Part shown: one piece after another, positions 1 to 8,789 of the stretch
How positions within the stretch are numbered: position 1 is the stretch's first letter
How the letters are laid out: each line of letters starts with the position of its first letter
Source of the DNA: a virus
Lineage: Duplodnaviria > Caudoviricetes
Reading direction: 5' to 3' (one strand)
Virus record (IMG/VR): IMGVR_UViG_3300032237_000496
Location: 1-29,483 of that record
DNA length: 29,483 nucleotides
Position numbers and translations under genes: made by a program
Notes under the pieces: model-generated
Databases searched by the model: none
What the model was told of the DNA's origin: nothing
What the model saw: only the letters and a program-made list of their open reading frames with translations

Positions 1-146
1 TAGGTTCTGCTACTATCTCAGCAACACCTAATGCGTATGCAAACATCATGGATGGTGGTATGCCGGGACCTGCACAGGGTTTTGTTCCCAGTGTAAAAGA
101 TATTGCACTGGGAGTGTCTACACTAATCACATCGAGTATAAGCTAA
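1..146 (+). CDS. 3' end of a truncated gene, probably virion-associated (...GSATISATPNAYANIMDGG...LITSSIS*)
   Basis: Frame open from base 3 to TAA 144-146, which overlaps the next ATG (TAATG coupling). Not in the ORF track. Confidence 0.65.
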   Translation, partial: GSATISATPNAYANIMDGGMPGPAQGFVPSVKDIALGVSTLITSSIS

Positions 147-439
147 TGGCTAGTAATTACATTGTAGGCACAGAAATTCTTCTTTCTGTAGCGTTTCTTA
201 ATAACTCCGGTAGTCCTCTGGATCCTACTGCAATTACATTGCAAGTAAAGAAAGAGGGAAGTACTGCTACAACCTATGTGTATGGTGTAGAAGCTACGCT
301 GTATAAAGGTGGTACAGGAGTTTACTACAAAGGATACACTCCATCTACTGGTGGAGTGTACTACTACAGATGGGCAGGAACAGGTGCGCTTGTAGCTGCA
401 TCTGAAGGTTCTTTCTTTGTTCAAAGCGGAAATTTTTAG
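146..439 (+). CDS. Small beta-rich phage protein, probably virion-associated (Ig-like)
   Basis: 97 aa, G/T/Y/S-rich, TGVYY...GVYYYRWAGTG pattern, coupled to the upstream stop. Confidence 0.6.
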   Translation: MASNYIVGTEILLSVAFLNNSGSPLDPTAITLQVKKEGSTATTYVYGVEATLYKGGTGVYYKGYTPSTGGVYYYRWAGTGALVAASEGSFFVQSGNF

Positions 440-444
440 GAGTC

Positions 445-975
445 ATGATGCTTAGTTCCCTTTTGTTTTTGGTATTGTCTGCACCTCCTTCCATTAAGGT
501 AGAGAAGGCTCAGACTGTAGTTATTCATAATGGAGTAACCATTGTTCTACTCGCTGATGGATCCATCAAACTCAATGGTCCTACCATTGATCTTAGTCTT
601 CCCGCTGATGAAAACGCAGAGGTCCTCCCTGTTGTACCGCCTAATGTGGTTCCAGAAATAGTATCTCCTTTTCAGAAGTTCTACGATGCGGATAAGACTC
701 CGTTGGTTCAGAAGAAACTAGCACTAACCAGTTTGAGTCAGATCTGGGAAACTGCATTGAAAGATCTCCCTGAAGCTAAGACTACAGGTGCATTCCATGA
801 CAATCTCAAGACTATGGGTAAGCCACTAGGTAATACCCTGATTGACTTGAGGAAAGAGATCAGCAAAGATTTTGTCAAGATTGTATCTGATGATGTTCCT
901 ATGACTCCTGAATTACAGTCACAACTTAAAGCTGCAATTCAATCTGTACTTGTTAATTTGAAAGGTGTAAAATGA
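445..975 (+). CDS. Hypothetical protein with N-terminal signal peptide and Pro-rich linker
   Basis: AGGAG SD, hydrophobic N-terminus MMLSSLLFLVLSA, PVVPPNVVP linker, helical C-terminal domain, overlaps the peptidase start. Confidence 0.75.
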   Translation: MMLSSLLFLVLSAPPSIKVEKAQTVVIHNGVTIVLLADGSIKLNGPTIDLSLPADENAEVLPVVPPNVVPEIVSPFQKFYDADKTPLVQKKLALTSLSQIWETALKDLPEAKTTGAFHDNLKTMGKPLGNTLIDLRKEISKDFVKIVSDDVPMTPELQSQLKAAIQSVLVNLKGVK

Positions 976-1886
976 GTGCTATTCACGATGTTGAGTTTGA
1001 TATGGCAGAACTGTGCGGATGGCATAACGATCCGGAAGCTGTCCAATCTGTAGCTGCTCTCCAACCTTTCCCTAGCTTTGGGGATACTCCAGCGAATGAA
1101 ATATCTACCCTACCCAAACAAGCGTTCTTGTGGAATGCTGCTAAAAAAGTGCTGGGTACATTGCTGCCTTGGAGGAATCAGGGTGCTATTGGTAGCTGCG
1201 TTGCTCATGGAACGAACAGGGCTATTCTGTATTCGTTGCTATGCGAGATTGCTTCAGGTAGTCCTGAAAAGTATGCAACTATTGCAGAGGAAGTAACTTA
1301 TGGTGGGTCTCGTGTTGAGATTGGTAGAAGCCGTATTCGTGGTGACGGCTCTGTGGGAGCTTGGGCAGCAGAGTTCGTTCGACAATATGGAGTTGTTGCA
1401 AGAGGTAAGTACGGAAAGTATGACCTCTCTGTATATTCTGAGAGTACTTGCCGTAGCTTCGGCGACAATGGTGTGCCTACAGAGTTGGAGAATGTTGCGA
1501 AAACCCATCCCGTAAAAACGATTACCAAGATTAGCACTTGGGAAGAAGCCAAGAAAGCTCTTGCCCAAGGCTATGGTATCTCTGTTTGTTCCAATCAGGG
1601 ATTCAGTAAGATCCGTAACCAGAATGGTGTAGCTGCTCCTCAGGGTAGCTGGGCTCACTGTATGTGTCTTGCTGGCTACATTACGCTGGATGATGGCACA
1701 GAGTATGGTAGAATTGACAACAGCTGGGGTCCTAACTACTTTAGCGGTCCTGTAGGTTGGGGTGAACCCGGTCCTGAAGGATTCTGGGCTCAGTCCAAGA
1801 TCATTCACAAGATGTTACAATATGGCGACAGCTGGGCATTTTCCACAGTGGAAGGTTTCCCTCTTCGTTTAGACTGGGTAATTTAA
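972..1886 (+). CDS. Papain-family (C1) cysteine peptidase
   Basis: NQGAIGSC (oxyanion Gln and catalytic Cys), WAHCM (His), DNSWG (Asn), N-terminal GWxxD as in bacterial C1 enzymes. Confidence 0.9.
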   Translation: MSAIHDVEFDMAELCGWHNDPEAVQSVAALQPFPSFGDTPANEISTLPKQAFLWNAAKKVLGTLLPWRNQGAIGSCVAHGTNRAILYSLLCEIASGSPEKYATIAEEVTYGGSRVEIGRSRIRGDGSVGAWAAEFVRQYGVVARGKYGKYDLSVYSESTCRSFGDNGVPTELENVAKTHPVKTITKISTWEEAKKALAQGYGISVCSNQGFSKIRNQNGVAAPQGSWAHCMCLAGYITLDDGTEYGRIDNSWGPNYFSGPVGWGEPGPEGFWAQSKIIHKMLQYGDSWAFSTVEGFPLRLDWVI

Positions 1887-1896
1887 GGAGACGACC

Positions 1897-2220
1897 ATGA
1901 TTGAGTATCCTAAGACAATGCCTGTTGATGCTTTGATGGTTATGTTGGACAAGGTTCGTGGTAACCCTGTTAGCATGGCAGAAGTGGTCCAAGGAGCTTG
2001 GAACATCTCTGGGTATGGCCTAGGGTTGGCTTTGCCATTACCTAGCGTTATAGGGGAAGCTGGAGACCTTTCTGAGGAAGTTGCTCTGGAGAACCTGATC
2101 CAGTACTCCAAAGAAGAAGCTATGCTTAACAGTGTAGCAGGTGCGGGTATTCTTCCTGCACTGGCACTTTCTGTAGTAATTAAACTAGCAATTCGTCTGC
2201 TTTCCGAGTATATTGGATAA
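1897..2220 (+). CDS. Hypothetical protein with C-terminal hydrophobic helix
   Basis: AAGGAG SD, 107 aa, GILPALALSVVIKLAIRLL. Confidence 0.75.
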   Translation: MIEYPKTMPVDALMVMLDKVRGNPVSMAEVVQGAWNISGYGLGLALPLPSVIGEAGDLSEEVALENLIQYSKEEAMLNSVAGAGILPALALSVVIKLAIRLLSEYIG

Positions 2221-2237
2221 ACTAACGGAGCTACGCC

Positions 2238-2570
2238 ATGACAGATATGGGGTCACCATCAGTGTTTACTTCACTTGCCAAAGACTTTGGTTTGTTTATA
2301 GCACTGATAGTGGCCCTAATCTGGTTTGGTAGGGAAGCAATTAAATGGTTTGCTACCCATGTAGGTGTACCTGTAGTCGCAAAGCATCTAAAGTTTGTTG
2401 ATGATCTTAGTGCTTCTTTAAATAACTTTGATAAGACTATGACTAAGGTTGTTGAGACTCAGGAACGATTAGCTGAGTCACAAGACGCAATTCTTCATAA
2501 GCTGGATGAGATGGATTCCCGGCCCAGTAGGGTCAGAAAGCCTATAGATGCGCCAGCCCTCAACCCGTAA
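2238..2570 (+). CDS. Holin-like membrane protein (one TM helix plus coiled coil)
   Basis: GGAG SD, FGLFIALIVALIWF TM segment, heptad-like C-terminus with basic tail, last gene of the + strand unit. The holin role is inferred. Confidence 0.5.
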   Translation: MTDMGSPSVFTSLAKDFGLFIALIVALIWFGREAIKWFATHVGVPVVAKHLKFVDDLSASLNNFDKTMTKVVETQERLAESQDAILHKLDEMDSRPSRVRKPIDAPALNP

Positions 2571-2634
2571 GACTCTGAAGTTAGTGGGAGCTTACGGCAG
2601 GAAAGCCAAGCGTAGGCCCGTTAAACGGGACCAC
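2565..2634. other. GC-rich structured intergenic element between convergent genes (terminator or structured RNA)
   Basis: CCCG-TTAAA-CGGG (2617-2629), CTTACG/CGTAGG (2591-2616), GTGG/CCAC closing stem, alternative CCGTAAG/CTTACGG pairing. Confidence 0.4.
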
Positions 2635-2646
2635 AGGAAGAAATAA

Positions 2647-4068
2647 TTACTGGTGTCTACCTACCCCTACCAAATAAGGACAGGACCAAGCAGGATCAGT
2701 AAACAATAGTTGGTGAGGGAAGGAAGCAAACTGTACACACTGCTTTTTAAAATCAGGTTTGTATTGAGTAGGATCTGTTGCAGTAGGATCAACTTTTCTT
2801 GAAGTTAATACCCCTGCATAGTATTGTCCGTTACGGGCATTAGGTAACAGATTGTGTCCAGCAAGGACATTGTTACCTTGAACAACACCTATAATTGTAT
2901 CCTGTCCCGGTACTGTAGCCGTATTTTTAAGCAGTGCATTATAATTTACAGCTGGTTTAGGATCCCTATAAATAAATGTTAATTCCAAATCACATACTCT
3001 AATGTATCTAAATCCATATTTACCAGAACCTACTGGTAATTCTACATATTCAGGAAAAGGTCTAGTACCAATACTAGTAACTTTTACACCTTCAAATAAC
3101 AAAGTACCTGCAGGTTTACCCAAAAAGTAATGTTGATTTACTGTATTCAATCCAATTTGCAAAGGAGTTGTAGTAGTTGGTTTACCTTCAGCGTCATATA
3201 CACCTTCTCCTGTAATAAATCTATAAGGCACATTGAACCATTGCACAGTAATAGATTGAGATGGATAAGGAAGTTTAATGTTACCGGGAATATTTGGTAC
3301 AGTACCGTTTACTGTACCAATAGCTCCTGATGGATCATAAAAAAACATTGTATTCTTTTCAGCCGTAAGATACTCGGATCTTGGTTCAACTCTTGTAAAA
3401 GTAAATCTATTCCATTCTGGCCATATATTATATATATTTGTAAATTTATATGAATAATTAGAAGTACTAGAACTGTCTGGCCAATAATATGTTAAAGAAT
3501 TTTCTGGAAGTTTACTATTGTTTAACATAATGTTGTTAGGAAGAATAGGATAAGTTCTTCCAGTAAATGATACAGACACTTCATAGTCTTGATATTCTGC
3601 ATAAGTAGGTAGTTTAGGCGCAATAAATCCTGTATTAGGAGTAGGTATACTTCCTTGAGCAGACAAATCTGAAGCCCGTATATAAGTATTTCCCTGTATA
3701 CTTTCTACAGCATTAGCATATAGCCAAGGGTATCTTGGATGCGCTATAGGTAATGTACGATTGATGCCACTGTAATCAGGCCAAAAAGTACCTCCATGCC
3801 CTTTTGAAGCATACACATCTGCCCAACCAACCATATAGGTGCAATACCTATCCAATAGTTGATTACCGATAATAAACTTCATAGTGGATCTACCCCCTTC
3901 TTGGGTAAATCCAGTAGTGGTAGGAGACCGGCTATCTGTTAATTCTTGAAGAAATCTCCAATCCAAATATCTATCTTCAGAATGGTCCGGAGTAGGCGTA
4001 GTTAGCCCATCCGGCATTATTGCTTCTATATTGTATGGACCTATAAAATTATCAAATGACTGACCCAT
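2647..4068 (-). CDS. Putative minor tail protein
   Basis: 473 aa, directly after the tape measure with TAATG coupling, beta-rich aromatic composition. Called by position only. Confidence 0.6.
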   Translation of the reverse strand: MGQSFDNFIGPYNIEAIMPDGLTTPTPDHSEDRYLDWRFLQELTDSRSPTTTGFTQEGGRSTMKFIIGNQLLDRYCTYMVGWADVYASKGHGGTFWPDYSGINRTLPIAHPRYPWLYANAVESIQGNTYIRASDLSAQGSIPTPNTGFIAPKLPTYAEYQDYEVSVSFTGRTYPILPNNIMLNNSKLPENSLTYYWPDSSSTSNYSYKFTNIYNIWPEWNRFTFTRVEPRSEYLTAEKNTMFFYDPSGAIGTVNGTVPNIPGNIKLPYPSQSITVQWFNVPYRFITGEGVYDAEGKPTTTTPLQIGLNTVNQHYFLGKPAGTLLFEGVKVTSIGTRPFPEYVELPVGSGKYGFRYIRVCDLELTFIYRDPKPAVNYNALLKNTATVPGQDTIIGVVQGNNVLAGHNLLPNARNGQYYAGVLTSRKVDPTATDPTQYKPDFKKQCVQFASFPHQLLFTDPAWSCPYLVGVGRHQ

Positions 4069-6884
4069 TAGAACATCCCCAGTGTAACTGCACTAACTAT
4101 AGTTTTTGCACTACTTGCCGCTGTCCCTATTACTCGTTTAGCTAACGCTACTTTTTGCAAAGGATTTAGGTGAGAACCATCAGCAGATCCTCCTCCACCA
4201 CCAGTAACTTGTGGAGGGGCTCCCATAATCCCCATAGCTTTCTTTACCCATGCGGTTGGATCTGTATAAAACTCTAATTGAGCTTGTTTTAATTGATCAT
4301 CTTGAGACTGTCCGGGAACACCATACGCTGATGAAGCCTCAAATGCTTTTTGTATGGAGGACTTACCCATTTCCATACCGCCGGTAAATCTGGCATTCTT
4401 GGCTACAGCCATGTCCATAAAATCGGAAGGAGGATTTTTTTGTTGTGCGTCTAGTTCAGCTTTAATTTCTTTGTCTACTGTCTTGGTAGCAATTGCTCTA
4501 TTGGTGTATTGCGCTGCTTTAATAGCTTCATTTTCTGGTCCTCTTCCAAAACCTCTTTTTGTACTTTCTGTTCCACCTATTATATTCAAACGCTCTGTTT
4601 CAGCTTTGATACGCTCTTCTCTGTCAGCACTTACTCCACCTTCGGCAAGGTTTACACCCATCTGAGCCACATACCCAATCAATGCTCCAGCAAGCTGTGT
4701 AAGCCCCATAATAAGCTGAGGGATCAAAGGGATCAATGCCATGGCTAAAGCTCTTAAAGCTTTTGCCAAGTAGCCTCCTAGCATTTCAATCATAGGTTTA
4801 AGTTGCACACCAAACTCGTACATGAGGTTGGTAATCTCAATCACTACGGGCTGTAACGCTGAACCAATCAACGCCATCAGGTTATCCATTACACGGTTAT
4901 ACTGCTCCATTAGACCGGGATTTACAAGTCCAACGAACTTGGAGATCTTATTTACAATGTCTGCAAACCCTGTTAAAGGATTCATCAGCGCGTTATCTAC
5001 AGCACTTACAACACTAGATCCAAGTTCATATACACTTTTGGTTATACCTGTAGATGCTCGTTGAACAGCTGTGTCCAAACTAAGCATTCTATCAGAAGAA
5101 AATTCCATTCTAGCATTGAATGATGCCAAACTTAGTTCAAGCCGTTTTAGCCAACCAAGAAGTCCAGTAGCAACCAATACCCATTTAATTAAAACACCAA
5201 TGGTGGTTACAAACATATCAATAAGATCTTTAAATGGTGCAGCAACCATTCCTAATATGCTTAATATCGGTCCAGCAATACCACTGGTTAATGCACCAGT
5301 AATACTATTCATTATGTTTTTACCAATCATACCTACAACGCTAGAAGATTTTGCTATTACAGATTTTGTTTCTGGTTGTTTATCTTTTGCTTCTTTTAAT
5401 TTAGTAGATACTGTTTTAAAAACATCTTCAAAAGGTTTGTTTGTAGCTCCTCTACTTACAGCCTCTGTTCTGTATTGCATTAACTCATTAAATAGTTTGG
5501 CAGCGGATTTAGCTCCAAGTGTAAACGAAGGTCCTAATAGATCTATCTGATCTTTAAGTGCTTTCCATTTTTTTGTGTTTCTGTCAAAAGCTTCTGCCAA
5601 TGCTTTTTGTTTAGCATCTTCTGATTTTTTAATTTTTGCATCTATACTTTGTTTTTCTTTAAGTGCTTCATTGCCTGCTTGTTTAACTTTAAGTTGACCT
5701 GTAGCTTGTTGAGTAAAATCAAGTACTTTACTAACATCATATTTTTTAGCTTTTTTACCAAAAGCAGCAGTAGAGGCATCATTAAATATGTTTGTTAATC
5801 CATGTACAGTTGATCTTAACTTTTCAAATTTACGGATAGATTTATCCGTAATAGTAGCTCCTGACATTAACTCTGTAAAATACTCTTGTGCAAGTCTTTT
5901 AGATTTATTATAATTTTTTAAAGCAGTTTTATATTCGTTTTCTTTAGCAGTTTGTGTAAGTTTAGTATTATACGCTTCTTGTTTTTTTACCATCTCTGCT
6001 AATTTTGTATTTTTAAATTCTTCCGCAACTTGTGGCAGTGTTTTACTTAATTTTTTAAGTTTATCTTCAACTGCATATATACCTTTTTGTGAAGGTATAA
6101 GCGTTTTCATAAATCTTTTATAGCTTGTATCTAAACTAGCAATAAGATCATCTATTTTTTCTTGTTTAGTAGTAGCTTTTTTAGCAGTACTATCCGTTTT
6201 CTTTTTATCTTTTTCTGTTTGAGCAGCATCTTGCTGATTCTTAAACATTTCTTGTAATAGAGGTAATTCAAAATTTTTAAAAGCTTCTGCCGTATCAGGA
6301 GATACTTCAGCTAAACGCTTAATTTGATCTTCTAGTTTGTATAAACCTCCTTGCGAAAGTTTAGTAGCTTGCATCATACGAAGAATAGTCGTAGTTACAG
6401 TATTATTTAATTTATTTTGTTGTTTTAATATAGTTAATGCTTTATTATCTTTTGTTTGTTGATCTTTAGAAATTTGAGCATAGTATTTATTTAAAGCTGT
6501 AAGTGCTTTTTGAGCTTCACTTACAGCTGTAATACTTGCTAAATGATCTTTAAATCCTTGAATAACCGCTGGATTAGCATCTTTAAATTTTTCTAACCGT
6601 CTAATTAAAGTATCATAGGAATCTATATTACCCTGTGTAACTTTTCTACCATCACTCATTCTTTGAAAAAGAAGAGATAGTCTATCTTCCAAATTAGATA
6701 AAGCATCCTGTTTAAGATTATTTTTTAAAGTTGCATTTTGTCCTCCATTACCACTAAATTTAGATACAATTGCATTTGTCAATGCTTCCATTGAAGTTGC
6801 AAGTTTATTCAATACATCCATGCCACCGGCACCACCGCCACCAGTGCCGCTGCCACCTGTAGTTAAATCTACACCACTAGACAT
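4068..6884 (-). CDS. Tail tape measure protein
   Basis: 938 aa, helical and K/A-rich, hydrophobic segments near the middle, amphipathic repeats, follows the tail chaperone genes. Confidence 0.85.
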   Translation of the reverse strand: MSSGVDLTTGGSGTGGGGAGGMDVLNKLATSMEALTNAIVSKFSGNGGQNATLKNNLKQDALSNLEDRLSLLFQRMSDGRKVTQGNIDSYDTLIRRLEKFKDANPAVIQGFKDHLASITAVSEAQKALTALNKYYAQISKDQQTKDNKALTILKQQNKLNNTVTTTILRMMQATKLSQGGLYKLEDQIKRLAEVSPDTAEAFKNFELPLLQEMFKNQQDAAQTEKDKKKTDSTAKKATTKQEKIDDLIASLDTSYKRFMKTLIPSQKGIYAVEDKLKKLSKTLPQVAEEFKNTKLAEMVKKQEAYNTKLTQTAKENEYKTALKNYNKSKRLAQEYFTELMSGATITDKSIRKFEKLRSTVHGLTNIFNDASTAAFGKKAKKYDVSKVLDFTQQATGQLKVKQAGNEALKEKQSIDAKIKKSEDAKQKALAEAFDRNTKKWKALKDQIDLLGPSFTLGAKSAAKLFNELMQYRTEAVSRGATNKPFEDVFKTVSTKLKEAKDKQPETKSVIAKSSSVVGMIGKNIMNSITGALTSGIAGPILSILGMVAAPFKDLIDMFVTTIGVLIKWVLVATGLLGWLKRLELSLASFNARMEFSSDRMLSLDTAVQRASTGITKSVYELGSSVVSAVDNALMNPLTGFADIVNKISKFVGLVNPGLMEQYNRVMDNLMALIGSALQPVVIEITNLMYEFGVQLKPMIEMLGGYLAKALRALAMALIPLIPQLIMGLTQLAGALIGYVAQMGVNLAEGGVSADREERIKAETERLNIIGGTESTKRGFGRGPENEAIKAAQYTNRAIATKTVDKEIKAELDAQQKNPPSDFMDMAVAKNARFTGGMEMGKSSIQKAFEASSAYGVPGQSQDDQLKQAQLEFYTDPTAWVKKAMGIMGAPPQVTGGGGGSADGSHLNPLQKVALAKRVIGTAASSAKTIVSAVTLGMF

Positions 6885-6892
6885 GACAACAC

Positions 6893-7507
6893 CTATACAT
6901 AAAAGGGAGAATCTTTATAAGGAAAATTAACTGGAGACATGATGCTTATTGCTGGAGTAGTAGGCGTATACCCATAGTCACTAGATGGATTCAAAGATCC
7001 TGATAGTTGAGAAGAAACTAACCACCCCTGAGGAGCATTAAAAGGATCAAATATCCAGTTAAGCTTACCTGTGATTGTTACTTTGTAAGCGTCTTTAACA
7101 CTAGCGTTTCTGTCAATCCCACCAATGGTTACAGGTACTCGAATGGTTTTAATGTCTGATATGGGATTAGTAAAGTAACTAGACCAGTCCAATTGAACCG
7201 TAACAAGCTGTCCTGCATAATACCCCATGTATCCTTGCCAACTGATTAACCCAGTTAAGGTTATGTCCCCAGACAAGATACCGGGAAGATACTGTTCCCC
7301 ATGAGAAATGGTAGTAGTTCTTTTCTGAAGGTCTGATTTTATATTCAGACTCCACTCAGAAAATGTTTGGTAGTTATTGTCTGGAGCCGTAAGCGAAGAT
7401 CTGTATGTATTTAAAGGGTTGTACCCTATATTGCCGGGAGGAGTAGGGTAATCCTTTGAGTAGGCATATACCCTAGCTCCTTTACCAGCCATGATTGAAG
7501 GGGGCAT
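6893..7507 (-). CDS. Tail-tube-like protein, paralog 3 (start revised to MPPSIMAGKG)
   Basis: ATG at 7507 overlaps the upstream TAA. Motifs AGKGA, EWSL, LPG..GDITLTG and SVKDAYKVTITG align with the two upstream tube-like ORFs. Confidence 0.55.
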   Translation of the reverse strand: MPPSIMAGKGARVYAYSKDYPTPPGNIGYNPLNTYRSSLTAPDNNYQTFSEWSLNIKSDLQKRTTTISHGEQYLPGILSGDITLTGLISWQGYMGYYAGQLVTVQLDWSSYFTNPISDIKTIRVPVTIGGIDRNASVKDAYKVTITGKLNWIFDPFNAPQGWLVSSQLSGSLNPSSDYGYTPTTPAISIMSPVNFPYKDSPFYV

Positions 7508-7845
7508 TACAGCTCTCCGTTTTGCTCCGCCCACTGCCGCTGAAGAATCTGGGCAGGAACTCCAAACATACTTCCCGTTGTAAAGAAGTTAATTTTAGCA
7601 GCGTGTCTGTCTTTTACTTCTCTATACAACTTTGGATCAGGAAGCGGTTTAGGGTTACCATCTTTATCTCTTGGTCTAAAATACAAAGTAAAGATCTGAT
7701 AATCTGTTAGCTTTGCAATTTGATCAAAAGATAAGCAGTAGGGTTCATCAATGAGCATAGCATAAATCTGTGCTACATTAGTGATCTGAGGTTGCTTCTC
7801 TTTAGAGGAAGACCCTACTTCGGATCTTCCTCCTTCAAGTTTGGG
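7507..7845 (-). CDS. Tail assembly chaperone -1 frameshift extension (lambda gpT-like part of a G-T fusion)
   Basis: Frame entered by a -1 slip at CCCAAAC (7845-7839), giving PKLEGGRSEVG...; contains FDQIAKLTDYQI, a typical gpT-like pattern. Confidence 0.8.
   Translation of the reverse strand, partial: PKLEGGRSEVGSSSKEKQPQITNVAQIYAMLIDEPYCLSFDQIAKLTDYQIFTLYFRPRDKDGNPKPLPDPKLYREVKDRHAAKINFFTTGSMFGVPAQILQRQWAEQNGEL
7805..7845 (-). promoter_or_regulatory. Programmed -1 ribosomal frameshift signal (slippery heptamer plus stem-loop)
   Basis: Minus strand C CCA AAC in frame, 6-nt spacer, then GAGGAAGATCC-GAAGTA-GGGTCTTCCTC 11-bp stem. Confidence 0.85.
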
Positions 7846-8249
7846 AAGCTGCTCTCCATGATCATCTTGATCAATGTACCACATTCCAAAGAATGGCTCA
7901 ATGTCAACTCATTCCATTCATCTGAAGGAATGCCAGTACAGACAGCCAAGAGTGCAGACAGACCGGGAATGGTATTCATCCACTGCTGACTGAGCTTGCT
8001 ACCAAAAGCGTATTGACCTGTGATAACCTTATCATGGAAAGTGGAGTACGCAATTCCGTACTCTTCGTCCGACATGAAATCTTTTTCTTTGCCAAGCTCT
8101 TGACGAGCCCGCTGAATCAGTGCCTGCTCCAAACGAGCTTTAGCGTGTTGATCAATGTACTTGGCTTGGATCTTTTTCCCATTGATTTCCATTTCAATGA
8201 GAGGACCTGAGTTACCCAGATTAGGGCCGGTAGCTGCTTGTGTAGACAT
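7815..8249 (-). CDS. Tail assembly chaperone (lambda gpG-like)
   Basis: AGGAG SD, lies between tube and tape measure genes, slippery heptamer 8 codons before its stop. Confidence 0.8.
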   Translation of the reverse strand: MSTQAATGPNLGNSGPLIEMEINGKKIQAKYIDQHAKARLEQALIQRARQELGKEKDFMSDEEYGIAYSTFHDKVITGQYAFGSKLSQQWMNTIPGLSALLAVCTGIPSDEWNELTLSHSLECGTLIKMIMESSFPNLKEEDPK

Positions 8250-8286
8250 AAATACTCCTATAGGTTAAGCCAAATGGCTACTGTAC

Positions 8287-8294
8287 ATTATACG
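8287..8294 (-). promoter_or_regulatory. Possible internal -10 element (CGTATAAT) upstream of the tail chaperone
   Basis: Perfect TATAAT in the 52-nt intergenic gap, no convincing -35. Confidence 0.3.
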
Positions 8295-8301
8295 GAGTAT
8301 G

Positions 8302-8784
8302 TTATTGACCGCACAAAAAACCTACACGAACTGTAGCACTCAAAGTACTAGAAAGATTTGTTAGCTTTAAAGTACTGTGAGTAGCGTCTACAGTCGTAAA
8401 ATCACCATCACCGAAAACCAAAAAGCCTCCAGATTTGATTGTAAGGACCGGATTTGTACCAGTCCAAAACCAAGTCAGAGGATTAGTGGTTCCCGGTTCC
8501 AGTTTTACATTAGCGTTTGCGACTGTAATGATCATACCAATCACTTTAGAAGTGGTAGTATGAGCTACATTCAACAAATCCACATAGTTTCTAAGATCAA
8601 TCGTCTGAGTACCACTACCTGCTAGTGTGTATTGAGCTACCATAACAGAGTTATAAGTAGTCAAATCAGGAGATATAGATCCAGAAATACCATCACTTCC
8701 CTGTGATGTGGACACAAAACCAGTGTTAGACTGACTCTGTGCCCATCCAAATGATCCCTGAAACCCACCAGCTGTAATAGCCAT
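8302..8784 (-). CDS. Virion structural protein (tail-associated, beta-sandwich-like)
   Basis: 160 aa, G/S/T-rich, within the tail module. Confidence 0.6.
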   Translation of the reverse strand: MAITAGGFQGSFGWAQSQSNTGFVSTSQGSDGISGSISPDLTTYNSVMVAQYTLAGSGTQTIDLRNYVDLLNVAHTTTSKVIGMIITVANANVKLEPGTTNPLTWFWTGTNPVLTIKSGGFLVFGDGDFTTVDATHSTLKLTNLSSTLSATVRVGFLCGQ

Positions 8785-8789
8785 AATGA

